A stretch of 64,000 nucleotides of DNA, taken from positions 18,637,101 through 18,701,100 of the forward strand of contig NC_134025.1 in NCBI RefSeq assembly GCF_964204645.1. The letters are read 5' to 3'. This document shows positions 38,851 to 53,202 of the stretch, piece by piece (positions within the stretch are counted from its first letter, which is position 1; each line of letters starts with the position of its first letter). The translations under genes and the position numbers were made by a program. Source of the DNA: Tubulanus polymorphus. Taxonomy: Eukaryota > Animalia > Nemertea. The notes beneath the pieces were generated by a model, which saw nothing but the letters and a program-made list of their open reading frames with translations, was not told the DNA's origin and did not search any database.

Positions 38851-40883
38851 GGCGACAAAACCAAAAAAATGAATTGTCGCGGGCGATAAAACCAAAATAA
38901 TGAATTGTCGCGGGCGATAAAACCGAAATAATCAATTGTCGCTGGCGATAAAACCAAAATATTGAATTGTCGCGGGCGACAAAACCAAACTAGGGGTCCA
39001 GGGACACCATGCCCACTTGGGAAATGGTTTCAAATGCTCAACAATCTAACAATTTCAATATTCAACGCCCCCTGGTGACCATTTACAAAAACCAACGACC
39101 TTGAAACTCACCAAAATCATAGAACATGTCAGCAGCTACGATTTTGTAATTGATTGTGATAACAAAATATGACTCGTTACCAATTTAATATGGAAATACT
39201 AAGTCATTCTACTATTCAACGCCCCCTGGTGACCATATTCAAAACCCAATGACCTCGAAACTCACCACAATCATAGAACATGTCATGAACTACAACTTTG
39301 CAATTGATCATGGTAACAAAATATGCCTAGGTACCAATATAATAAGGAAATACTAAGTTATTCTACTATTCAACGCCCCCTGGTGACCATATAGAAAAAC
39401 TAATATCCTTAAAACTCACAACAATCATAGATGATGTCATGAGCTACAACTTTCCAATTGATTGTGGTTACAAAATATGCATAGGTACGAATATAATAAA
39501 GAAATGCTAAGATATTGTATTATTCAACGCCCCCTGGTGGCCATATACGAAATCCAATTACCTTGAAACTCACCACAATCATAGAACACGTTATGAGCTA
39601 CAACTTTCTAATTGATTGTGGTAGCAAAATACGCTTAGGTATCAATATAATGTGGAAAAACTTTTTCCCACTTACGAATGAGTACTGGTGACACCAAGAT
39701 GGCCGCCAATTGCGTCATAATTGGCTGATGAAAAATACCTGTCTGAGGTATAAAACATCCCTTTCCAAAGAATACCCATCACAAATTGCAATGAGAAATG
39801 GTAAACCAGTAGGAAGCTACAGGACTCAGAATTCGGGCAAAAATTAACATTTTTGGGCACTAAAAAGGTCATAGGACGGCCATCTTGAGTACGACCGACC
39901 CAATTTTTGTTTCGTTGATGGGCCCTGGGGGGATTCATATATATCGAAAGATCAAGGTAATTGATCGAAGCGTCTTCAAAATTTCCCTCAAAAAGTTCAA
40001 AAATGTGTAAAAAGTGCTGATTTTGGCGAACAACAATGGCTGCCAGTCAGCCATCTTGATTCTGACAGGGCCAGTTTTTGGGCTGAAGATGTGTCTAGGG
40101 TAGATACACGTGTAACCCAAATATCAAGACGTTACCTTGAAGCGTCTTCAAAACTTCCCAAAATAACTGGATTCCGTCTACGGACGGACGCTACTAACGG
40201 ACGAACGGACGGACGACGACGGACGAAAAGTGAACGCAATAGCCCGCTGGGACTAAAGTCCCAAGTGGCCTAAAAAATGAATTGTCGCAGGCGATAAAAC
40301 CAAAATCTTAAATTGTCACGGGCGACAAAACCAAAATATTGAATTGTCGCGGGCGACAAAACCAGACTAATGAATTGTCGCGGGCAATAAAACCAAAATA
40401 ATGAATTGTCGCGGGCGATAAAACCAAAATAATGAATTGTCGTTGGCGATAAAACCAAAATATTGAATTGTCGTGGGCGACAAAACCAAAAAAATGAATT
40501 GTTGCGGGCGATAAAACCAAAATATTGAATTGTCGTGTGTGACAAAACCAAAATAATGAATTGTCGCGGGCGATAAAACCAAAATAATGAATTGTCGCGG
40601 ATGACAAAACCAAAATAATGAATTGTTGCGGGCGATAAAACCAAAATAATGAATTGTCGCGGGTGACAAAACCAAAATAATGAATTGTCGCGGGCGATAA
40701 AACCAAAATAATGAATTGTCGCGGGTGACAAAACCAAATTAATGAATTGTCGCGGGCGATAAAACCAAAATAATGAATTCTCGCGGGCGAAAAAACCAAA
40801 ATAATGAATTGTCGCGGGCGACAAAACCAAAATAATTGTTTTGTCGCGTTATTTTAGTTTTGTCGTTTCGTCATAATGTCGCC
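38851..40883. repeat. 31-bp minisatellite array split by a HINE-1 insertion (38989-40272)
   Basis: Units at 38851-38988 and 40273-40835, same unit and orientation as arrays at 700-6199. Confidence 0.93.
38989..40272 (-). mobile_element. HINE family 1 copy inserted in the 31-bp satellite
   Basis: Same termini; satellite continues on both sides at an A-tract. Confidence 0.87.
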
Positions 40884-43070
40884 CTCATTTGCATATTCGT
40901 GTTTTTTTACGCATGGCCCTTATCAGCCACCATACTAAAGCCAAAAGGTCGCGTAAAACTCGATAAACACCAAGCGACACAGCGAACGATCTCCTTTCCC
41001 CCACAGCGAACGCTTAACCTAGTAGAGGCTACTAGCCTATGTAGGCCTATGTATACGCGTAGGCCTAACATCCGGACAGATTGGTCGTAGGCCTATTGAA
41101 CAACAACCCACCTAAATATCGTAAATTTTGTTTTGAAGTTCAATCCGTTGAGTCCGTTAATAAACGCAACAATTATACTGTGTTTGTTTGAGACAGTAAA
41201 GCTCAGTATCGGTACGCCTAAAGCCGCGTCAAACTTGATAAACACTTCAAGCGACACAGCGAATGATCCCCTTTCCCCCACAGCGAACGCTTACTCCGAA
41301 TGTCAAGTGTGAGTCCAGCATACGGAAAGGATTGTGTTATATACTTGTATTAAGTAAATTAAGTAAATACCTTGCATTTGACAATGATCGGTATGTACTG
41401 TAAGAAATATAGAGTATTGATCGTATTGATATAGAGGTTGAAGCCTGCGGCCGAATAAAGTAATATATTCTTTTATTTTGATACCTCGTCGACATAACTT
41501 TTTTTTCTCCGCCATATCACTTCGGCGTGTTTCGTTTAGGCCTACGACTCCCCGGTACACTTATGATTTATCTTAGTAAATAAACGGTTAATTTGATAAA
41601 GAAAAATAGGTATTGCTAAAATAACTGCTTGACGCCCGCAGCCAAATCACTGGTAGTAATAAATTAATTTGTACTCTGATTTGATTCTCATGATGAGGTG
41701 AAACTCGCAGCGGATCCCCGGAACGACGACGTAGTTACACACGTCGATTCGTCGATGTTTACGGTTTGACAGTGCTTTTAAAATCTAAAGTAGTAAATTT
41801 CCTGTATATCGGTAATACGATTTGATGAGGAAAATGGGCTATTATTAAAATTAGTTTTTAAAAACCGCGACAGAATGTGCAATCTTTGGGTAATAAGTTT
41901 GTTAATTTATGCTTGAATTGATAATTGATGTGACAAGAAACGTGCGGTAGATTTCTGAAAGAGGACTTAGAAAAAGATGTCGGCTCTTTGAATGGGGCTC
42001 AATTTTCGATTTTACTGCCCGACAGTGCTTTTGTAACGATGATTCTTTAAAATACGCACGGAGTATTTGTAGATCGAAGTGAGCTGAATGATATCAGACG
42101 GATTGTATCGACAACAGCGGCAAGGTAACAAAGCCTTTGTTCTTTTAGTAAAAATAGTGTGGAAGAAAATAATAATAAATATAGCTGCAAAGCAGCGATA
42201 ACGGGTTTTCTGCACAGTCTTAGAATCCTGTTCAACAGTTCGACAAAGCATTTGATAGGCACAACAAAAGCCATTACTAAACCGGCTATTAGGAAACAGA
42301 ATCAATGATAGGTCGCCCAAATGGCTCAGCAGTTATCTCTGAACGAAAACTTGTAGCCGAAATCAACGGAACGCCTCATCTCAAGTCGGTCTAACTAGTA
42401 CAGTATCCTAAGTCGTCTTCTGTTTAATGTCCTGACAAATGACATACACAGTAATCCAAAAAATACCAGACCGAGTAAATTTCCAAAACGAACTTAACAC
42501 GCTGTTCAACCAAAAAACTTAATGTTCCGACAAGAAACTCTTGTTCGAGTGTAAACAATTCAGTTTGGTCCAACAATACGCTTTTTGTTTGAACGAAAAA
42601 TCTCTTCATTCTGACAAAAAAATGTGTTCGAATGAAAAGCTGTTATTGTTGAAATGAAAAGCTTTTTGTCCTGGCAAAAAAATTTGGTTGAGCGAAAAAA
42701 ATTTTTTCGAACGGATGTTTGAATGAAAACAATTCTGTTCGATTGAACGAAATACTCAATACTTTTGGTTCGGAGAAAACACTTTTTACAATATACTTGC
42801 TCGAACGAAAAACTTAATGTTCTGAAAGAAAATTCTGTTCAAATTAAAAGGATTCTGTTCGATCGGACGATTGTTCGAACGAAAAACCTTTCGTTTGGAC
42901 AAAAAAAGTTTGTTCAACTTTGTTCTAACAATTTTTTCAAATTGGTTCAATCGAAAAGAATATTATTGGTTGGAACCAAATAAATTTTGTTCTGACGAAA
43001 GAATTTTCAAGCGAAAGGTCTTTTGAACGAAAAAAAAAAGATATTTCTGGGGCTCCGCAGTAACTTAAAA

Positions 43071-43384
43071 CCGGACGTAGGTCGGCCTTGTGACGCGATG
43101 CGATCCTCGTGTTGCATCGCAAGTTTCGGTGCTAGTCGGTTGTGATACGATTGTGTACGACTAGTTTCTGCCACTCGCAAAAGCACGTAGGTTGGTTGTG
43201 ACAGTCGTGTCGCGTCGCAGAAAGTAGAACACATGCGACTCCTTGTGACTGGCGTTGCTGAAAGTCGCAACCCGTCGCAAGGGAGCATAGGTCGATGAGT
43301 CATTGCGATACAATCGTCGCTGGTGGTCGCAGTGATTGGTGTCGCAGTGAGTCACAAGCCGTCGCAAGGCCGACCTACGCCCTG
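43071..43384. mobile_element. Small MITE
   Basis: TIRs CGTAGGTCGGCCTTG(T/C)GACG / CGTCGCAAGGCCGACCTACG; internal GTCGC repeats. Confidence 0.7.
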
Positions 43385-46300
43385 CAAAACTCTTTTGCTG
43401 GGGATATATTTTTTCATTATCCATTCAATCTGGGGGAATTAATTTTTTCTTCACATTTCAATGTAAAGGTCGATACATTTCCAGTGTAGAGACCCTCCTA
43501 AAACCAATATCTGTTATGAAGCTAATAGGTATCTCTACCAGAAAATGTTAGTTATAAAAAGTTTGGACCTACGGGTGCAAGGTAGGACCCCCCAAAACCT
43601 GAGGTCAAGTTGAGGTCACGCAACCAAAAAAGTCGCCGACAACCAGTACATACTGCCTGTGTGTGTAGAGTATATACAATCGCTTGTGAGCTCTCTATAG
43701 AGCATGCTGACTCAGTGTCAGCAGCCAGGCTCGACTAGTTTGCCATCTATCGGGGGTAATAGGAACCGTCACTTGAGGCGTGACCACGACCTAGTCTCTT
43801 TGTTTAAGCTGTCACGTGAGGCGTGACGACGCCAACTGAAGAGTTTTTTAAGTCATTAGGAATTAATGAAATACCAGTTTCATTTATGATGAAAAAACTC
43901 TGGCTTATAAAGTCTGGCTTATAAAGCTGTCTCCTCAAACGAAATTTTCAAAAAAATCTTCATTTTTGGCAATAAAATTGATAATTGTGATTGATCATTG
44001 CAAGTCACAACCAGTTAATCACTAATTAACACGCATTTTAATAAATCTGATTCCTTCTTTACAGTGAACTTAGCTTTAACCTAGTAGAGGCTACTAGCCT
44101 ATGTAGGCCTATGTATACGCGTAAGCCTAACATCCGGACAGATTGGTCGTAGGCCTATTGATTAATTTGGTAAAGAAAAATAGGTATTGTTAAACTAACT
44201 CCTTGAAACCCGCAGCCAAATCACTCATAGTAACAAATTAATTTGTACTTGATTTGATTCTCATGATGAGGAGAAACTTGCAGCTGATCCCCGGAACGAC
44301 GATGTAGTGACACACGTCGATTCGTCGATGTTTACGGATCGACAGTGCTTTTAAAATCTAAAGTAGTAAATTTCCAGTGTATCGGTAATATGATTTGATG
44401 AGGAAAATGGGCTATTGTTAAAATTACTGTTTGAAGACCGCGGCTGATTGTTAAGTCTGAATGTGAATCTGAAGGCAATAAATTAGTTCATTTATACTTG
44501 AATTGACAATCGAAGTGACAATTGGCCTGCAGGTTGATTTCGGGATGACGACTCGAAAAACATGTCGCCCCATTGAATGGGGCTAAATTTTCGATGTTTA
44601 CGGCCCGACAGTGCTTTTGTAACAATGATTCGTGAAAAAACACGCGAAGTATTTGCAGATCTCAGTGAGCTGAACGATATCATACGGATTGTATCGACAA
44701 CAGCGGCAAGGTAACAAAGCCTTAGTTCTTATAGTGAAAATAGTGTGACATAAAATAATAATAAGAAGAAACACGCGAATCCCAATAGGGTTTTCTGTGA
44801 TGTAACAGAAAACCCTAATTATCACGCGGGTATCAATAGGGTTTTCTGTGAAATAACAGAAAACCCTAATAAAATTCATATGATGTCACATATCAGAGGG
44901 TGGCTGAATATTGAGTCTCAGGAACGAAACCTCTTCCGATGTAAGGCCGCGTAGGCTAAAACAATGGAGCATAGTATTAGATCATTTTAAATCCTGGAAT
45001 TTACCACTACAATATTCAGACCTCGACCTATACCTATAGTTTGCTGCTTAGTATTTTCAGGTCACAAGAAATAACAATTTATTACAAATTCTATCAAACA
45101 GAAAACACAGCGCTCATCTTCTGCTACAACGATTATTCACCCTGTTATCATACCAAACGTGCACGCGTCAAGCAGCGTTACAGCATCACCATATAGTAGT
45201 CTGTATGAGTGTGTGTTTGTGTGTGCAACAGTCTAATGTTTAGCACTCCCGCGCACGTGGAGGCCTTGTGTAGTGAACGTTTGCTTCACTTCAATCTCAA
45301 TCAACACAATCACCAGGTATTAAAATGAAACAATACCTAGGGCGAAATAATCATATTTTCACCAGCAATGAACATCTAAAATTTGCACATATACAGCACC
45401 TAGTCCAATGAAATGTTCGCCATTAATGGCTTTCCCATGATCATTTTAGTAGCGCCAGAATTCCCTGTATATCCCAAAAAACCCCAATCGAGGTCATTGC
45501 AATTTTATACGCAGGAGCTAAGAATTTTCCTGCCAAAAATAGTTTTTCGTCGAAATTAAACAAAGTTGACCATGTCATCGACGGAGGTTCATCATGTCTT
45601 CAATCGCATCGATTATACGATGAAATCACTCCTCTTGACGATGTTTTGGAGGTTAAAACTGTTGCCGGAGATGTGTTGCCTTATGTGGGTTGTGGTCAGA
45701 TGGAATTTAAGTTGGATGAAGAGGTTGTTCCAATGTTTTGTCTCGTTGCCGCTGATACTGATTATCACCGGAAGGTACCAGTTGTAGTTGGCATGAATGT
45801 GCTCTCTCAGATTGGAAATGACACAAGAGATGCTGCTGTTAGGAAGGTCAAGGTGTTACTGCGGCGCCGGAAGTCCGATAGAGACAGCGGGAATATATTA
45901 TGTGAGGGCTACTCGTGAAGTGGTCATTCCGCCGCAGCGTAGATGACGATATGCGGAATACGTCGTTCATCGGGGAATGACAAAGGGCAACAGGTCATTA
46001 CGTCAGATGTCGGAAGTACGTTACCTGGAGAGGTGAATCTTTTACCGACATTTATGCGCGATCGATGCAGTGTAGTAGGGTGAGCGTAATTGTTCGAAAC
46101 ACTGGGCAGGAACCCGTCATTGTCAAGTCACGTCGGTTATTTGTTCGTTGCAGTAGTGTTCTTCTGTTTATCCATGTATTCAGTCCATAGGTGCAGACAC
46201 GTCTGATTCTGACATGAACAATGACGAGCTTTTGAAGTTATTCAATTTCGAAGAGTCTACTCTTACTCCAACGGGGCTTCAGAAGTTAAAGAATTTGTTG

Positions 46301-47424
46301 GTGAAGTGGGGGAAGTATTCGCCATCGGTGACCTAGATGTGGGAAGAACTACCCTTCTGGAACACGAGATTAATCTAAAGGATAACACTCCGTTTTCTGA
46401 ATGCTATCGCACGATTCCTCCGTCTATGATTGGAGAGGTTCGTGATCATTTAAGTCTATGTTGGAAGCCGGTGCTATCCGACACTCTAACAAGTCCGTTC
46501 GCATCTCCAGTGGTGTTGGTAAGGAAACGGAACGGAGAGTTAAGATTCTGTATTGATTACAGAACTCTCAACGCCCGAACGATTAGGGATCAGTTTCCGT
46601 TGCCTAGGGTAGATGATCTTCTTTCACGAATGTCTGGCGCAAAGTATTTTACCTGTTTAGATCTCAAGTCCGGTTACTGGCAGGTTCCTGTGAATGATGA
46701 GGATATATGTAAAACTGCGTTTCATGTTGGACCGGGCTATGGTTTCTATGAATTTAATGTTATGCCGTTCGGTTTAACTAATGCTCCAGCCACTCTTAAA
46801 AGACTGGTGGAAACTTGTCTTTCTGATTTATGTTTAAGAGACGTACTTGCATATATCAACGTTTGTTTGAAGGTGGTCTGAAGTTTAAACCTCTAAATGT
46901 GGTTTTGGTTTATCGAGGGTAGTATCCTTGGGTCATAATGTGTCTGCTGCTGGGTTGGAACCCGATCCAGCTAAGGTCGAAGCAATTAGGAAATGGCTGG
47001 TTACGGAAACAATAGCCGATGTCAGGAATTTCCTTGGATTTAGCAGATACTATCGAAAATCTATCAAAGGGTACGCTGGGATAGCTAAACCATTGACGGA
47101 TTTACTCGTAGGATATACTGAAAAAGGTCGAAAGAAAGAACCTGTTGAATGGAACAAGGAACTACAGAAGGCTTTTGATGGCATTCGCGAGTGTTTAATG
47201 TCGCCACCTGTTCTTTAGTTCGTCAATTACTCTAAACCATTCGAGCTACATACCGACGCGTCTCGAATTGGGCTTGAGGCAGTACTCTATCAAACGGGTG
47301 ACAATGGCAAGTTATGCCAATCGGTCGTTAAATCAAGCTGAGAAGAATTATGAAATCCATAAATTGGAGTTTCTTGCGCTAAAGTGGGCGTTAGAGAAGT
47401 ATCAGGATTTTAACTTTATGATTA

Positions 47425-48004
47425 CTGTAAAAACCGGCGCATAAGTCTACACGGCGTATAAGTCGAGGTAGATTTTTAGACCTACATTTCATGATTTTAA
47501 CATATATCCGGCTTATAAGTCGAGTCCCTTCTCTTAGAAGAATAATTATTTGTATCATTAGATTGAATTTGTTTTGATAACGATGTGCGCCTTCACCCAC
47601 GGCGCCGCGCGTCAGCCTGATTGCTGCTGTGTGTTAATCAATACACTGTTACACACACACTCAAGTATAATACACTACCATAAAGTGATACAGTAGTGTG
47701 AGTCACACGCTATATATAGCCTAATGTATTAAGCGCTGCTATGAGCGCGCATATATGAATACATCGTTTTACATGAAACTGTGTCAAAATGAAAGAAGTT
47801 TTTTTCATTAAATAACTTTATTTATCATGAATAATTATTCAAACTGTTATAGCAGTGAGATGATCTATTTTGTCTGGTAGAATCAATATTTCTAGTGGCC
47901 TGAAAATACTTAGTAGAAAACTGTACTCGGCGTATAAGTCGAGGTCAATAATTTAGTGGTAAAATCAAGGATTAAAAACTCAACTTAGACGCCGGTTTTT
48001 ACAG
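47425..48004. mobile_element. Tc1/mariner-pogo-type MITE (TA TSD) in Gypsy RNase H
   Basis: TA|CTGTAAAAACCGGCG ... CGCCGGTTTTTACAG|TA with subterminal CGGCGTATAAGTCGAG repeats. Confidence 0.85.
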
Positions 48005-49970
48005 TAAGGTGTTAGACGAAACAGATAACAATCCTCATAGTTACATGCTCAAGTCTGTGAAACTGGATGCTACGTCTCACAGATGGTTGCAGGCAATCTC
48101 GACGTACGACATAGAGATAATGTATCAAAGCGGGAAGGAAATGATAGACCCCGATGTATTATCTAGAACCGCATGTAATTTTTTGTCGTGTAACGTTGTA
48201 GCTGCTGTTTGTGATGCTATATATGACGTTGAGGACGATACGTTCGATGATTTAGTTTTGATAGATCCGAGTCGGTTGATTGAACTTCAGGAATCTGATC
48301 CTGTGTTAAAACGGTTAAAGATACATTTGCAGGGAGGTCGGAAGTTTCATTTGGATGGACCTGGTGAGATGAAATTCCGAAGACAGATACCGAAGTTGTT
48401 GTTAAAGGATGGTGTGATATATCGACGGATCGTGGTGTCGTAAAGGATCATGTTTTCTTGCCTGAGTCGGAATTGGAAGAAGTGTAGCATTCGTTGCATG
48501 ACCAGATGGGCCATCAGGGTAGAGATAAAACGTTGTCTTTGGTTAAAACAAGGTTTTATTGGCCTAGAATTAGAAATGATATTGAGACACATCTTAAAAC
48601 CTGTAAACGCTGTGTTTTGCACAAGGCGTTGACTCCAACTCAGATTGCTCCGCTTGTTAACGTTGAAACGTCGTATCCATTTGAGCTTTTATGTGTAGAT
48701 TTTCTGACCTTGGAGAAGTCGCGTGGGTATGAAAATATCTAAGTCATCACGGATCATTTTACGAAGTATTCATTGGTAGTGCCAACGCGTAATCAGACTG
48801 CTAAGACTACTGCGCGCGTTTTGTTTGATCACGGGATATCGAGGTTTGGTGTGCCAGCTCGTCTTCATTCAGACCAAGGTCGTAACTTTGAGTCGTGTAT
48901 TATTAAGGAGTTATGTAAATTATTCAATATGGATAAGTCGCAAACCACACCTTATCATCCAGAAGGGAACGCTGTCGTGGAGAGGTTTTACCGGAGTCTG
49001 TTAAGATTTCTAGGGTCTTTGGCTGAGGATAAAAAGGGTAGCTGGTCGGAGTATATCAACTCGTTAGTTTATTTGTGTAACTGCACACCACACGAAACTA
49101 CTGGCTATGAACCACATTACTTGTTATTTGAACGGCATCCTAGATTGCCGGTAGATGGTAAATATGGTTTCACTAAAGTTCCTAGTGAAAGTTTTGACTC
49201 AGTATTCTCGTAGGCTGCAACAAGGAAAGCACGAGGTGTCGAGTTAGTAGAGGGTGATTTAGTCCTAGTCAGGAGAGTGGGTTTCAAAGAGAAACACAAG
49301 AAAGCCGATAGATGGGAATCAACGCCATACGAGGTTAAGCGGAGAGTGTCTCCTGATGTTCCTGTATATGTTGTTGAATCGATTGGTGGTGGTCGTGTAC
49401 GTACTTTGCATAGGAATATGTTAATGCCATTAGCTGCTCTGTTGCGTGATGATCCAGAGCGGAGAAAGGATACTGTTGCTGTGAGTAAGAAGAAACCTGT
49501 GAAGCGAACTGAGAAGTCACCTGTGCAACCTGTTGAACTTGAGGATACGGTCTTGGAATCGTCTCAAGAGGATGACGGTTTGCTTTTGGTTCCAGTACAA
49601 TATGAGGTCGAGGAACATGATGATGGATCTGAACATGAAGTTGATGAATCCAGTAGCGACTTGAGTTCCGAAAGTGAGGCGGACGAGATTGTGGTTCATG
49701 GAGATCGGAGTCCGGAAGCTCCTAGAAGAAGTGTTAGAGATAGAAGACCTCCTGATTGGATAACTTCTGGTGATTACGTGGTGAATCAGTCTAACGTGTC
49801 TAAGGATTCCTGGAAGGATAGAGCAGAGTGGTTAATTACAAGAAGCAAGGATCCTAGTTTTGCGGGAAATTCTGCTTTGTTGTCTGCGCTTGCGTCTATG
49901 CTTCAGGATCGTGGTTAATTTGAATTGCTGAATTTTGGATTTGTTTTTAAATTGTTGTTGTCTGGAATAA

Positions 49971-50714
49971 ACTAGGGGTCCAAGGACACCATGCCCACTT
50001 GGGAAGTGGTTCCAAATGCTCAACAATCTAACAATTTCAATATTCAACGCCCCCTGGTGACCATATACAAAAACCAATGACCTTGAAACTCACCACAATC
50101 ATAGAACATGTCAGCAGCTACGATTTTGTAATTGATTGTGATAACAAAATATGCCTCGTTACCAATTTAATATGGAAATACTAAGTTATTCTACTATTCA
50201 ATGCCCCCTGGTGACCATATTCAAAACCCTATGACCTTGAAACTCACCGTCATCTTTTCAAAGAATACCAATCACAAATTGCAATGAGAAATGGCAAACC
50301 AGTAGGGAGCTACAGGACTCAGAATTCGGGCCAAAATTGACATTAGTGGGCACTAAAAAAGGTAATAGGACGGTCATCTTGAGTCCGATCGACCCAATTT
50401 TAGTTATGCTGATGGGCCCTGGGGAGATTCACATACATCCGAAAGATCAAGGTAATTGATCAAAGCGTCTTCAAAATTTCCCTCAAAAAGTGTTGATTTT
50501 GACGAACAACAATGGCTGCCAGTCGGCCATCTTGATTCTGACATGGCCAGTTTTTGTGCTGAAGATGTGTCTAGGGTAGATACATGTGTAACCCAAATAT
50601 CAAGACATTACATTGATATCTTCAAAACTTCCCAGAATAACTGGATTCCATCTTCGGACGGACGGATGAAAGTGAACGCAATAGCCCGCTGGGACTAAAG
50701 TCCCAAGTGGGCTA
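49971..50714 (-). mobile_element. HINE family 1 copy, internally deleted
   Basis: Both termini present; only ~1.5 tandem units. Confidence 0.85.
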
Positions 50715-50993
50715 AAAAAACAGTAAAATTTTGTAGTTTCATTGTCTATTACTGATGTGAATCATTGGATCTGGGGTCAGATTTTCTTTTCTTCGTAAGG
50801 GAGTAGAGTTCAGTTGTATTGATTTTGATTAATTTGTTTGAGTAAGAATCTTGTTAAAATTCAATGATTGTGGCTCTTGACATTTGTGGCTCTTGATTAG
50901 GTTTTAGCTCGTGTGCTGATATTCCGTACATGTAGGTTTAGCTAAATCAAGCTGATCTGATATCGGGGCGATATATTTTAACTAGGGGAAGAA

Positions 50994-51402
50994 TGTGGTA
51001 GACAGGTATCTGGCACATAATTCGACTCCCGGTTTTTGTATTTAATTGCTTGCCATACAGTGCTGCCACCAGGGCACTTAGTACTACTTTTGGCGGTTAA
51101 CTTTGGTTGTGTATTAAGCCGCCATAGCAATCAGTAGTAAATAAATGGCGTGTTGATATTCTGATAAATATCTCTTATGATTCATTCATTTCTCTGGGAT
51201 TGAACCGAGGTCTTAGGTGTGAGGTTGACCATCCTACAGGCAAGGCGATGAGAAGTGTTCCAAAGAATCTGTAAGTAGCAGCTCTTTTGGTCCCCACACG
51301 TCAGCAACTCGAACGATCGATTAACTGCATCCGTTATGAACCGTAGGGTTTAAAGATCAATAAGGTCGACAGAGTTTAAAGGCATCGTTCCTGGCTGTTA
51401 TA
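50994..51402 (+). repeat. Putative 3' LTR of the plus-strand Gypsy element
   Basis: Polypurine tract AGGGGAAGAA immediately followed by TGTGGTAGACAG; imperfect inverted end CTGGCTGTTATA. Confidence 0.55.
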
Positions 51403-53018
51403 ATAATATAGAAATACTAAGTTATTGCATTGTTCATCGCCCCCTGGTGGCCATATGAAAAAATCAATGACCTTGAAACTCACCACGATCATAGACCATG
51501 TAATGAGCTACAACTTTCCAATTGATTGTGGTAACAAAATATGCTTATGTATCAATATAATACGGAAAAACTTTTTTCCACCTTCGAATGAGTACTGATG
51601 GCACCAAGATGGCCGCCAATTGCGTCGTAATTGCCTGATCAAATATACCTGTCTCGGGTATAAGAGATCCCATTCCAAATAATATCCATCACAAATTGCA
51701 ATGAAAAATGGTAAACCATTAGGAAGTTACTGGACTCAGAATTCAGGCCAAAATTGACATTTTTGACACAAATTAGGTCACAGGACCGCTATCTTAAGTC
51801 CGATCCATCCAATTTTTCTCATGCTGATGGGCCCTTGGGGGATACAAATATATACAATCGATCAAGGTAATTGATGAAAGCATCTCCAAAACAGTGCTTC
51901 ATCTAGCATTAAACTAGGGGTCCAGGGACACCATGCCCACTTGGGAAGTGGTTTCCAATGCTCAACAATCCAACAATTTCAATATTCAATGCCCCCTGGT
52001 GACCATATACAAAATCCAATGACCTTGAAACTCACTACAATCATAGAACATGTCAGCAGCCACGATTTTGTAATTGATTGTGATAACAAAATATGACTCG
52101 TTACCAATTTAATATGGAAATACTAAGTAATTCTATTATTTAATGCCCCCTCGTGACCATATGCAAAACCCAATGACCTTGAAACTCACCACAATAATAG
52201 AACATGTCATAAACTACAACTTTGCAATTAATCATGGTAACAAAATATGCCTAGGCACCAATCTAATAAGCAAATACTAAGTTATTCTACTATTCAACGC
52301 CCCCTGGTGACCATATAGAATAACTAATGTCCTTAAAACTCACCACAATCATAGACAATGTCATGAGCTACAACTTTGCAATCGATTGTAGTAACAAAAT
52401 TTTCTTAGATATCAATATAATGTGGAAAAACTTTTTTCCACCTACGAATGAGTACTGATGATACCAAGATGGCCGCCAATTGCGTCATAATTGGCCGATA
52501 AAAAAAACCTGGCTCAGGTATAAAACATCCCTTTCCAAAGAATACCCTTCACAAATTGCAATGAGAAATAGCGAACCAGTAGGAAGCTACGGACCTCAGA
52601 ATTTGGGCCAAAATTGACATGTTTGGGCACTAAAAAGGTCATAGGACGGCCATCTTGATTCTGATCAACCCAATTTTTCTCAAGGTCATGGGCCCTTGGG
52701 GGATTCAAATATATACCAAAGATCAAGGTAATTGATTCAAGCGTCTTCAAAATTTCCTTCAAAAAGTTCAAAAGTGTAAAAAGTGCTGATCTTGGCGAAC
52801 AACAATGGCTGCCAGTCGGCCATCTTGATTCTGACAGGGCCAGTTTTTGGGCTGAAGATGTGTCTAGGGTAGATACATGTATAAACCAAATATCAAGACA
52901 TTACCTTGAAGCCTCTTCAAAACTTCCCAAAATAACTGGATTCCGTCTACGGATGGACGTTCGAACGGACAAAAAGTGAATGCAATAGCTCGCTGGGACT
53001 AAAGTCCCAAGTGGGCTA
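51403..53018 (-). mobile_element. HINE family 1: fragment 51403-51891 plus full copy 51913-53018
   Basis: Sequence identity to other copies; separated by a hAT TIR (51892-51907). Confidence 0.83.
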
Positions 53019-53044
53019 AAAACGTACCGCGATTTTACCTGAAT

Positions 53045-53202
53045 TGGCTCAATACCAAACTCAAACTGCTGACGAAGGTAAACCAAAAACCCCTCAGCGA
53101 AAACACTGGACTTTTTCCCAATCTGGCTCAATACCAAACTCAAACTGCTGACAAAGGTAAACCAAAAACCCCTCAGCGAAAACACTGGACTTTTTCCCAA
53201 TC
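53045..53202. repeat. 79-bp tandem duplication, possibly the end of a Penelope-like element
   Basis: Two near-identical 79-bp units; adjacent minus-strand 53500-53680 gives weak GIY-YIG-like fragments (AINQH, HEVIYLE..KPLF). Confidence 0.5.

Larger units (their letters stand above)
37420..44868 (-). mobile_element. Composite HINE family 2 insertion (outer copy 37420-44868, inner copy ~42177-44818)
   Basis: Both start AATATAGCTGCAAAGCAGCGATAAC(A/G)GGTTTTC; two terminal hairpins at 44787-44817 and 44837-44868; flanks rejoin to the uninterrupted family-3 sequence seen at ~1700. Confidence 0.7.
45640..51402 (+). mobile_element. Gypsy/Ty3 LTR retrotransposon remnant (protease-RT-RNase H-integrase, 3' LTR)
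   Basis: SPFASPVVLVRKRNGELRFCIDYRTLN, LDLKSGYWQ, MPFGLTNAPAT, HTDAS, TDNNP, GHQGRDKT..CKRC, HSDQGRNFES; many stops/frameshifts; gag and 5' LTR absent; interrupted by MITE 47425-48004 and HINE 49971-50714. Confidence 0.92.

Noticed and set aside
53065-53102. Hammerhead ribozyme in the 79-bp tandem repeat (GCTGACGAAGGTAAACCAAAAACCCCTCAGC)
   Set aside because: Catalytic GAAA is AAAA and stem III is absent; second copy also loses CUGANGA.
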